Shown: in pieces, positions 7,160 to 15,456 of the stretch
Layout: each line of letters opens with the position of its first letter
Numbering within the stretch: the stretch's first letter is position 1
Assembly (NCBI GenBank): GCA_019057865.1
Contig: JAHLWP010000059.1
Span: 1 to 15,876 of the forward strand
DNA: 15,876 nt
Source: Promethearchaeota archaeon
GTDB taxonomy: Archaea > Asgardarchaeota > Lokiarchaeia > Sigyniarchaeales > SOKP01
Direction of reading: 5' to 3'
Position numbers and translations under genes: made by a program
Notes under the pieces: generated by a model
The model's input: the letters and a program-made list of their open reading frames with translations, nothing else
Databases searched by the model: none
What the model was told of the DNA's origin: nothing

Positions 7160-7272
7160 TTAAAGTTTTTTTTATTAAAAAACTCTTCAAAATTATTTTT
7201 TTTATATAATGGTATATCAAGGTTTTAAACTCTTAATTAATTTAAATATTCTAAATATTATACTATCTTTTT

Positions 7273-8619
7273 GTGAAAAAAATGGCTAGACCTAAGGTTG
7301 TATTGCCAGAAAATGGCATTCTTGAAGATAAGCTCCTAAAAGAAATGGAAGAAATTAGTAATGATGATATAGATTGGAGAGATGGTAAGGTATGGAGCCT
7401 CGTTTATCATGCTACAGATAAACACACTGAAATGCTCAAAAAAGCTTACACTATGTTTTTCTCTAAAAACGCATTAAGTCCAATAGCATTTCCAAGTTTA
7501 AAAAAATTCGAAACAGAAGTGATTTCCATGGTTATCGACTTATTTGGGGGAGATAAAAGATGTTGCGGAAGCATGACTTCAGGAGGAACTGAGAGTATTG
7601 TAATGGCGATAAAGACTTATAGAGATTGGGCTAAAGATAAACTTCCTGATATTAAAGAACCGGAAATGGTTTTACCTAGCTCTGCACATCCTGCTTTTGA
7701 TAAAGGAGCGGATTATTTTGGTGTAAAGGCAGTGCGAGTACCAGTAGATAAAAATACCCACCGAGCAGATGTAAAAGCAATGGAGGAAGCATTAACCAAA
7801 AACACAATTTTAATGGTTGGCTCTGCGTGTGACTTCCCTAGGGGTGTTGTAGACCCGATCTCAGAACTTGCCTCTATTGCCCAATCACATGGCATTGGAA
7901 TGCATGTTGATTCTTGTCTTGGAGGGTTTATGTTACCTTTTGTGAAGAGACTTGGATATGAAGTTCCTGATTTTGATTTCTCGGTGCCTGGTGTAACATC
8001 TATTTCCGCTGATATTCATAAATATGGCTACGGAGCTAAAGGATCATCCACAATACTTTATCGAAAAGAAAGAATTTGGAAATATCAATTTTCGGTTTAT
8101 ACAGACTGGTCCGGTGGTGTTTATATCTCAACAACTATGAGAGGAACTCGCCCTGGTGGTGCAATCGCAGCAGCATGGGCAGCTCTGAGATCTTTAGGGA
8201 TGGATGGTTATTTAAACTTAACAAAAATTGTTATGGACGCAACCGAAAAATTAATTGCGGGGATAAATCAAATTCCTGAGTTATATATTATCGCAAAACC
8301 AGTAATGAGTGTTTTTTCTTTTACATCTGATAAGATTAACGTTTTTCATGTAGGAGATGTTATGGATGAGAAAGGATGGCATTTAGATCGAATTCAATTT
8401 CCAAATGCTTTACATATGATGGTTAATCCCCACCACGCTCAAATTGTTGATACTTTCTTAAAAGATCTTAGAGATGCTGTTAAAGAAGTAGCTGAGAATC
8501 CCCAAAAGACCTCAGAAGGAGACTCAGCCATATACGGTATGGTGGCCAGCTTACCTGATCGAGATAAAGTTAAAGATTACATTATTAATTTCTTGAAAAG
8601 TCAATATAAAATTAAATAA
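7273..8619 (+). CDS. Sphingosine-1-phosphate lyase-like PLP-dependent enzyme (group II decarboxylase fold)
   Basis: WRDGKVWSLVY, TSGGTESI, AHPAFDKG, HVDSCLGGF, PLP lysine in SISADIHKYGY, GTRPG, and C-terminal AIYGM, characteristic of the SPL clade. Start is GTG 7273 or ATG 7282. Confidence 0.85.
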   Translation: MKKMARPKVVLPENGILEDKLLKEMEEISNDDIDWRDGKVWSLVYHATDKHTEMLKKAYTMFFSKNALSPIAFPSLKKFETEVISMVIDLFGGDKRCCGSMTSGGTESIVMAIKTYRDWAKDKLPDIKEPEMVLPSSAHPAFDKGADYFGVKAVRVPVDKNTHRADVKAMEEALTKNTILMVGSACDFPRGVVDPISELASIAQSHGIGMHVDSCLGGFMLPFVKRLGYEVPDFDFSVPGVTSISADIHKYGYGAKGSSTILYRKERIWKYQFSVYTDWSGGVYISTTMRGTRPGGAIAAAWAALRSLGMDGYLNLTKIVMDATEKLIAGINQIPELYIIAKPVMSVFSFTSDKINVFHVGDVMDEKGWHLDRIQFPNALHMMVNPHHAQIVDTFLKDLRDAVKEVAENPQKTSEGDSAIYGMVASLPDRDKVKDYIINFLKSQYKIK

Positions 8620-8628
8620 CCAAAAACC

Positions 8629-8646
8629 TTCTTTTTTATTTTTTTT
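8629..8646 (+). terminator. Oligo-T archaeal-type terminator candidate
   Basis: TTCTTTTTTATTTTTTTT about 10 bp after the SPL-like stop codon. Confidence 0.5.
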
Positions 8647-8724
8647 CATTATATCTAAAATGTATAATTTCATGACAGATTTCATAAACATAATATTAAA
8701 TAATCTATTATCGAAAATATTAGT

Positions 8725-9879
8725 ATGAATAGCTTTGATAGAATATGGGCAACATTAAATCTTGAAGAACCAGATAGAATTCCAACCCATACTATTAATA
8801 TTGATGGAAATGTTGCCGATAAGATCTTAGGGGCACCTCCAAGAACAACTTTTGATATTTTTGACGAATTGGAAGAGCAATATCCAGATGACTGGCTTGA
8901 TAGAATTAATTCAATCCTAAATGACATTGAAATTTCTGTATTTTCAAAAGCAGTTAGAGCAGGTTATGAATTAGGATTTGATGGGGTTGGAGTCCAATAT
9001 ATACCATTCATTCTGGAAAGTAAAACTGAGATGACAGATATATTTGGAAAGAGACATAAAGTAAGAAATATTGATGGGAATCCATATCCAGATTACTATG
9101 GAGGATATATTAAAAACCGAGAAGATTGGGAAGCATATCCTAAACCTGACTTGAAAGTAGAATACAAAAAAGCTAAAAAATTTTATAAAGGAGTATTAAG
9201 AAAATGTCGTGATATTAAGGAAGAGATTTGTATTATTATTCAAAATGCCTTAACATCAGTTTTTCCCCCTGTATGGCAGGGAATGGGAATGAATTACTTT
9301 GCTCGTGCATTAAAAAATGATCCTAAATTGATTGAAGAACGCTTTAGATATACTACTGATTTTGTTTTAACTGTTTTTAAAGCTTATTCAGACTGTGGTG
9401 CTAAAATTTTTCTTGAAGGTGGAGATATCGCACACAGCGGAGGCCCAATGATTAACCCTAGAGACTTTAATAAGTATTTATTACCTCGTTATCAAGAGGT
9501 AGCAGAAGCAATCCATGAGTGGGGCGGAAAATATATATTGCATACGGATGGAGATATTACCAGCTTGTTGGATTTTATCGTTGAGTCTGGATTTGATGGC
9601 CTCCAATGTTTAGAGCCTCCGCTTGTTGATCCTTATTTAGTTAAAAAAAAGGTAGGAGATAAGCTATGTTTATCTGGAAATATCGATACAAGACATATCT
9701 TGGTAGATGCATCAAAAAAAGAAGTAGAACAAGCTGTTAAATATGCAATCTCAGCTATGGGACATGGAGGTGGATTTATGCTATCTCCAGCAAATTTCCA
9801 CCCCAAAATATCAGTTGAACGATTAAAGTGGATGATTGAAGCAACTAAAACCTTCGGAACTTATCCCTTAAGAAGTTAA
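8725..9879 (+). CDS. Uroporphyrinogen decarboxylase / MtaA-CmuA superfamily protein
   Basis: EPDRIP N-terminus, GDIA...GPMINP, ILHTDG, SGFDGL, LCLSGNID and GGGFMLSP. Confidence 0.85.
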   Translation: MNSFDRIWATLNLEEPDRIPTHTINIDGNVADKILGAPPRTTFDIFDELEEQYPDDWLDRINSILNDIEISVFSKAVRAGYELGFDGVGVQYIPFILESKTEMTDIFGKRHKVRNIDGNPYPDYYGGYIKNREDWEAYPKPDLKVEYKKAKKFYKGVLRKCRDIKEEICIIIQNALTSVFPPVWQGMGMNYFARALKNDPKLIEERFRYTTDFVLTVFKAYSDCGAKIFLEGGDIAHSGGPMINPRDFNKYLLPRYQEVAEAIHEWGGKYILHTDGDITSLLDFIVESGFDGLQCLEPPLVDPYLVKKKVGDKLCLSGNIDTRHILVDASKKEVEQAVKYAISAMGHGGGFMLSPANFHPKISVERLKWMIEATKTFGTYPLRS

Positions 9880-9980
9880 TATTCAAATGAGATGTAAAAA
9901 GATATTATGATTATAGTACAAGAAAATTTTAATAAAGATTGTATAAATTGTTTAATTTAGTACCTAAATAGGTGAAAATA

Positions 9981-11624
9981 GTGGTTAAATTTAAAAGGGG
10001 GCATCTTTATTATCCTGAAATCCCCATTCATAAAATTTTGGAAGACACCGCAGAAAGATTTCCAGAAAGACCAGCTTTCCTATATCCATCTGAAATGAGC
10101 TTCAAACAATTTAAAGAACAAGTAGACAAATTCGCGACAGCATTAAAGGATTTAGGAGTGAAAAAAGGAGATAAAGTTGCTTTATATGGACCGAACTCAA
10201 TCCAATGGGAAATATCCTTTTTCGGATTAGAAAAAGCAGGTGCCATTCTGGTCCCCATGAATCCATTATTCAAAGAATCTGAAGTAGAGTATGAAGCAAA
10301 TGATGCTGGAGTAGAAACGATCATAGTCTCCCAACCTGAATATCCTATTGTGGCAGCAATCAAGAAAAATACAAGACTCAAAAACATTATAATTATAGAA
10401 GAGAAAGAAGAGAAACCAGAATTACCAGAAGAAACTATCGGATGGTCAGAATTAATGGCAAAAACAAGACCAAACCCTCCTGAATACAGTTTTAAACCAA
10501 AAGAAGATCTCGCGGCATTAGTATATACAAGTGGAACAACAGGTCTGCCGAAAGGGACCATGCTTACACATTACAATATGGTGTCAAATGTTATCCAAAT
10601 ATGCCAGCTTTTCGAATTAAGCGAAATAGATATTGCATTGACTGTACTTCCTCTTTACCATATCTATGGGCTGAATGTGTGTATGAACCAAGCAATTTGG
10701 TTAGGCGCAGCACAAGTAATTTCACCACGATTTGAGATACAAGAATTTTGTGAACTCATAGAAAAATATCAAGTTACATATACCCTATGCGTACCTCCAA
10801 TATTTCTGGCAGTAGTTCGTCATCTTGAAGACCCAAATGTAAAAGGATATGATTGGGCAAACCTTAAAATCTTTAACAACGGCGCTGCCCCAATACCTCT
10901 CGAACTTCTTGAAAGATTTGACAAATTAGCAAAAGAAAAGTGTAATGCTAAAGAAGTGACCATCCAACATGGTTGGGGATTAACTGAGGCCTCCCCAGTA
11001 GTTGCTGTAAATCCTATGTATCGCCCTAAAATGGAATCTCAAGGTACTCTTATTCCAGATACTTTTCATAAGATTATTGATTTAGAGACAGGTGAGGAGC
11101 TCCCTGAGCGTGGGCAAATTGGGGAACTGGTTATTAAGGGTCCTCAAATTATGAAAGGCTATTGGAAACGACCTGAAGCTACTGAGAGTGCCTTTTGGAT
11201 TGACCCTAAAACTGGTGAGAAATGGTTGAGAACTGGTGATATGGCATACATTGATGACGATGAATACGAGCATCTTGTTGATCGCATCAAAGAAATGATA
11301 AAGTATAAAGGTTGGGCCATAGCACCTGCTGAACTTGAGGATTTGCTATTTAAGAATCCATATGTATTTGATGCTGCTGTTATTGGTAAGCCATCTAAAG
11401 AACTTGATATCGGCCAAATACCGAAAGCCTTTATAATTTTAAAACCAGATTCTAAGGATAAAGTGACTGAGCAGGAAATTATGGAGTGGGTTGCGGAAAG
11501 GATTTCTGCTTACAAGAAGATACGCGAGGTTGAATTTGTGGATGATATCCCTAAATCAGGTTCAGGTAAAATTTTACGGCGAGAGTTAATCGAACAGGAA
11601 AAAAAGAAGATTGGAATAAAGTAG
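9981..11624 (+). CDS. Long-chain-fatty-acid / 4-coumarate-type acyl-CoA ligase (ANL superfamily)
   Basis: YTSGTTGLPKG, GWGLTEASP, GELVIKGPQIMKGYW, LRTGD, VDRIKEMIK and IPKSGSGKILRR. GGTGA at 9971-9975 is better read as the RBS for GTG 9981 than as the start at 9972. Confidence 0.93.
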   Translation: MVKFKRGHLYYPEIPIHKILEDTAERFPERPAFLYPSEMSFKQFKEQVDKFATALKDLGVKKGDKVALYGPNSIQWEISFFGLEKAGAILVPMNPLFKESEVEYEANDAGVETIIVSQPEYPIVAAIKKNTRLKNIIIIEEKEEKPELPEETIGWSELMAKTRPNPPEYSFKPKEDLAALVYTSGTTGLPKGTMLTHYNMVSNVIQICQLFELSEIDIALTVLPLYHIYGLNVCMNQAIWLGAAQVISPRFEIQEFCELIEKYQVTYTLCVPPIFLAVVRHLEDPNVKGYDWANLKIFNNGAAPIPLELLERFDKLAKEKCNAKEVTIQHGWGLTEASPVVAVNPMYRPKMESQGTLIPDTFHKIIDLETGEELPERGQIGELVIKGPQIMKGYWKRPEATESAFWIDPKTGEKWLRTGDMAYIDDDEYEHLVDRIKEMIKYKGWAIAPAELEDLLFKNPYVFDAAVIGKPSKELDIGQIPKAFIILKPDSKDKVTEQEIMEWVAERISAYKKIREVEFVDDIPKSGSGKILRRELIEQEKKKIGIK

Positions 11625-11644
11625 TAGGTTTGAAGAATATAACT

Positions 11645-12226
11645 CTATTGTAGATTTTGTCCTTCTTTAAGAGCTTTTAGATTTATTTCTAAATCTTTTC
11701 CTAAAAATTGTTGCTTTAAAGAGTTCTCAATATCTTTCTCACTTAAAGGTAAAAATCTTAAAATATAACCTAATATAACGATATTAGCGGCTTTTAGATT
11801 TTTCACTAGCTTAACCGCAATATTTGTAGCCGGAATAAAGTATATGTTATCCGAATTTTCATTAAGAACTTTTAATATATAATTTTCAGAAGGATATTTT
11901 TCATTGATTATACTTTTCTCATAAGAGGATATGATTAATTTTGTACTTTTATTTGGTCTTGCATATTGTAACACATCCAAAATACAACTTTTTTCAGTAG
12001 CAATTATCATATCTGCTGATCCGATCATTGGAATTGGAGCATTCAACATATCCCCGAAACGAAGGAAGCATGTCACTTTACCACCTCTCTGGCTAAGACC
12101 ATGTGTTTCAGAAGTTATTACTTTATATCCTTTAGTAACTAAGGCATTTCCCAGAATTTTCAGCAAGCTTACTAGACCTTGACCCCCTAAGCCGGTAATT
12201 ACTATCGTATAGCTATCGAAAATCAT
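11645..12226 (-). CDS. iorB: Indolepyruvate:ferredoxin oxidoreductase beta subunit
   Basis: GLGGQG, SETHGLSQRGG, ANIVILG and NLKAL motifs. ATGA overlap with iorA; GAGGAG RBS at 12232-12237. Confidence 0.9.
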   Translation of the reverse strand: MIFDSYTIVITGLGGQGLVSLLKILGNALVTKGYKVITSETHGLSQRGGKVTCFLRFGDMLNAPIPMIGSADMIIATEKSCILDVLQYARPNKSTKLIISSYEKSIINEKYPSENYILKVLNENSDNIYFIPATNIAVKLVKNLKAANIVILGYILRFLPLSEKDIENSLKQQFLGKDLEINLKALKEGQNLQ

Positions 12227-14172
12227 GGTATCTCCTCTCTTTTAATCGCGTTATTTGGGCAAATTTCTTCACATATATCACATCCTAAGCATAGAGTTGA
12301 ATTAATAAAAGCAGCATCATCTTTTTCACTAATCGCAGGACATAAAAATTGACTATAACATAAACCACAATTTTTACATGATTTCACATCAACGTATCTC
12401 ACATAGGGCTCATATTTTTTAACGTATTTCTGGATACATTCATCTTTTACAAGTATAACATGTAAATTTTTTCTTTCCAAGACATCAAGCCCTTTTTCAT
12501 ATATCACTTCCTTTAATCTAGTTAAATAATCTTGTTCATTATTTTCATGATGTCTTATTACGCTGACATGAGCACCAGTACCTTGTAAAAAATCTTCCAA
12601 TTTTATATCTCTCTTAAAATACCCCTCTTTATAATACCGAATATCGCTTCCTGGATGAGGTTGCTGCCCAGTCATCCCAATCCATCCATTATCCAATATT
12701 AACACTAAAATTGGAGCTTTATTATAGATTCCATTTAAAAGCGCAGGTATTCCGGCATGAAAAAAAGTTCCATCTCCTATAATAGCAATGTTTAAACTTC
12801 CATTTGTATGAGCAACCCCTTGAGCTAATGCTATACTTGATCCCATACAGTACTTAACATTAGCAAATGACAGAGGAGGATATGCCAAAAGAGTATAACA
12901 CCCTATATCTTGGTAAAAATAAACTTTTTTTCCAGTTTTCGATTTAATTTTTGTAATTGCTTGTTTTATTGCATAACCTGTCGTTCTATGGGGACAACCT
13001 GGACATAATATAGGTAATCTACCCAATATTTCATATTTTTTTCCTTTAATTTGGTTTAGATCTATTTTTGGAGTTATATTTGTTATTTTAATTAGTGCAA
13101 GAGCAATTTTTGTAGGATCCAATTCTCCAACAAAAGGTAATGATGAATTTTCTTTAGAATAAGAAAAAGGATCTTTTCCGTGAATTTTCACTTTAAGATC
13201 ATTTTTTTGCGCAATCGCTAAAACTTGTGTTTCAATATAAGCATCATTTTCTTCTACAATAAATACCTGTGTGAATTGTTTTAAAAAATTTGCTATTTTT
13301 TGCGCCGGTAATGGATTTATGAATCCAATCTTAAGAATTGGCGCTTTAAAACCAAGAAAATTTAACGCTTCCCGTACATAGCTGTATGATACGCCACTAG
13401 TTATGATTCCTAACTCAAATTCATTTTTCACATTCATATTTTCAAATCTATTCAATGAACTATTCTCTGACATCTCCAATGCTCGATTCAATCTATTGTA
13501 TATCTGATCTTCTTTTAACTCTAAAAAATAAAGTCTTGAAGCCACATTGAATTCCTTTGATAGATCAAAATCCTCTTTAATTTTCGATCGCTTTATTTCT
13601 CCAATAACTACATTACTTCTGGAATGAGAAACCATCGTGACAGTTCTTAAAATTACCGGAAGTTTCAACTCTCTTGAGATTTCAAAAGCTTTTTTAGTAA
13701 AATCTAAGCATTCCTGAGGATTGCTCGGCTCTAATGCAGGTATTTTAAAAAGTTTTAAATAATATCTTGAATCCATCTCTACAGCACTTGAATGTTGTTG
13801 AGGGTCATCAGCAACTAAAATAACTAAGGCGGAATTCTTATTTTTAGGATGAGTAGTAGAAAGGGCAAATAAGGGATCTGATGCAACATTCAATCCCACA
13901 TTTTTCATGCCAACCATAACAGAGGCACCTCTTGCGTATGCAGCACCGGCGACTTCTATAGCTACTTTCTCATTGATACTTGATTCCACCCATTTCATTC
14001 CCACGTCCCTGAAAATTTCCATAAAAATCTCTCCAACTTCAGAACTGGGTGTACCTGGATAATAAGTGTAAACATCTATACCACTTTCTAAAGCACCACG
14101 AACAATTGTTTCATTTCCTAAAAAGAACTTTTCATCGCCAGAATTGCCTTTAACAATTTTATTATAACTCAT
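12223..14172 (-). CDS. iorA: Indolepyruvate:ferredoxin oxidoreductase alpha subunit
   Basis: GNE, YPGTPSSE, NEKVAIE, MKNVGLNVASD, LCPGCPH, DIGCY, TPP motif GDGTFFH...LDN, MTGQQ, and two C-terminal ferredoxin-type motifs. AGGAG RBS at 14184-14188. Confidence 0.94.
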   Translation of the reverse strand: MSYNKIVKGNSGDEKFFLGNETIVRGALESGIDVYTYYPGTPSSEVGEIFMEIFRDVGMKWVESSINEKVAIEVAGAAYARGASVMVGMKNVGLNVASDPLFALSTTHPKNKNSALVILVADDPQQHSSAVEMDSRYYLKLFKIPALEPSNPQECLDFTKKAFEISRELKLPVILRTVTMVSHSRSNVVIGEIKRSKIKEDFDLSKEFNVASRLYFLELKEDQIYNRLNRALEMSENSSLNRFENMNVKNEFELGIITSGVSYSYVREALNFLGFKAPILKIGFINPLPAQKIANFLKQFTQVFIVEENDAYIETQVLAIAQKNDLKVKIHGKDPFSYSKENSSLPFVGELDPTKIALALIKITNITPKIDLNQIKGKKYEILGRLPILCPGCPHRTTGYAIKQAITKIKSKTGKKVYFYQDIGCYTLLAYPPLSFANVKYCMGSSIALAQGVAHTNGSLNIAIIGDGTFFHAGIPALLNGIYNKAPILVLILDNGWIGMTGQQPHPGSDIRYYKEGYFKRDIKLEDFLQGTGAHVSVIRHHENNEQDYLTRLKEVIYEKGLDVLERKNLHVILVKDECIQKYVKKYEPYVRYVDVKSCKNCGLCYSQFLCPAISEKDDAAFINSTLCLGCDICEEICPNNAIKREEIP

Positions 14173-14252
14173 TATTTTATTGACTCCTTAACCAAATTTC
14201 TAATAATTTAACCATTTTGTTTTATTATAATTTCCTTTTAAAATCTCTAATA

Positions 14253-15269
14253 TTATTTATTTTCACTTTTACTGAATTTTTCTCTTCTTTTTTGGGATTT
14301 ATCGCGATTTACAAGGGTTATTCCTAATATTACCAATAATAAGGCGAAGGGATAGATGAAAATATCGAATTGCTCTTGCAAAAATATAGCTGAGAAAATT
14401 ATACCAAATAATGGTACTAATGTTTGAAATATCGCTGCTCTACTAGCACCTAAACGTTTAACTCCTTCTAGGTAAAACGTATACGCTCCTATTGTAGATA
14501 GAAATGCTAAATATGCAATTCCAATCCATATACGGGCAGGAATTGTAAAATATTCTAGCGGATTAAGAAATTCTGGGCTAATAAGTAATGCTATAGGAGT
14601 TGTTGTTAAAAATCCAAAAAAAGATACCCAAGTTATTATCCATAAAGAGCTTGGTTGAAAAGATTTAAAATTATTTTGAGTTTTATTCAAAAAATAACGA
14701 GAAGTAACCGTATATATTGCATAAGCAAATGCAGCTATTAAAATTAAAATGTCCCCAAGGATTCGATTTGAAACATCCACATTTGGAGAAAATCCTACCA
14801 CTGTGATGACAGCTATAAATGCTAAAAGAGTTCCAACACCTTTTTTCCAAGTAAAAAATTCTGTTTTTAAGAATGTACTGGAAAGAATTACAACCCAAAT
14901 AGCATTTGTTGTTACCAAAATACTAGCATCACTAGCAGCAGTAAAGATTTCGCCTATAAGATAACCTGCTTGATAAATTGTGACAGATGTTAGCCCCATA
15001 AAAGTTAATATTTTCCAATTTTTCTTTGCAAATCGAAAATTTAAAGTTCCTTCTTGATATTTAAGGATGAGAAAAAAATCAATTATAACCCCAAAATAGC
15101 GAATTGTTGCTATCATCAGTGGTGGTATAGTACTTCCTCCAACTTCTTCAGATACTAACCATCGACCTAATGGCCAAGTACCTCCCCAAATAACAGCAGT
15201 TAAGATTAATAATATATATGCAATGATTTCCTGTTTTCTTTCAGGATTTGAGGTCGAGTTCACTATCAC
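14253..15269 (-). CDS. DMT/EamA-family transporter (two EamA repeats)
   Basis: About ten hydrophobic segments; IWG, R in IATIRY, GDILILIAAFAYAIY, GASRAAIF...P...FLQE. Confidence 0.9.
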   Translation of the reverse strand: MIVNSTSNPERKQEIIAYILLILTAVIWGGTWPLGRWLVSEEVGGSTIPPLMIATIRYFGVIIDFFLILKYQEGTLNFRFAKKNWKILTFMGLTSVTIYQAGYLIGEIFTAASDASILVTTNAIWVVILSSTFLKTEFFTWKKGVGTLLAFIAVITVVGFSPNVDVSNRILGDILILIAAFAYAIYTVTSRYFLNKTQNNFKSFQPSSLWIITWVSFFGFLTTTPIALLISPEFLNPLEYFTIPARIWIGIAYLAFLSTIGAYTFYLEGVKRLGASRAAIFQTLVPLFGIIFSAIFLQEQFDIFIYPFALLLVILGITLVNRDKSQKRREKFSKSENK

Positions 15270-15456
15270 TTCCCCTGTTGAAAATCTCTAGGACTTTAAT
15301 AGTTTAATTATTTTAAATTTTTGATTAATTAAATATCCTTTTTAACTCAATTTTCATTTTAGGGGATGTTGGCCTATTAAATTAATCCATAAAGAAGGTT
15401 ATTACTATGGAACTGATACTATAAAATAGTTATAATTAATTATTAAATGAGTTATT

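Noticed and set aside
5370-7184. 7-8-bp target-site duplication candidates (TTTTATT, TTAAAAAA, AAAAAACT)
   Set aside because: Each requires asymmetric element ends and is low-complexity sequence expected by chance.
7273-8619. Calling the PLP enzyme MfnA or glutamate decarboxylase
   Set aside because: Length and the N- and C-terminal motifs (W..G.V...VY, AIYGM) fit the SPL clade better; substrate remains unproven.
364-14964. Short overlapping ORFs (364, 1193, 1684, 2073, 3739, 5475, 5837, 6284, 6501, 6776, 7713, 8076, 8682, 10028, 11082, 11931, 14683, 14749)
   Set aside because: Antisense or out-of-frame shadows of well-supported genes, with no motifs of their own.
15270-15456. Possible ncRNA or small gene in the intergenic region
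   Set aside because: No convincing stem, tRNA-like fold or ORF found by eye.
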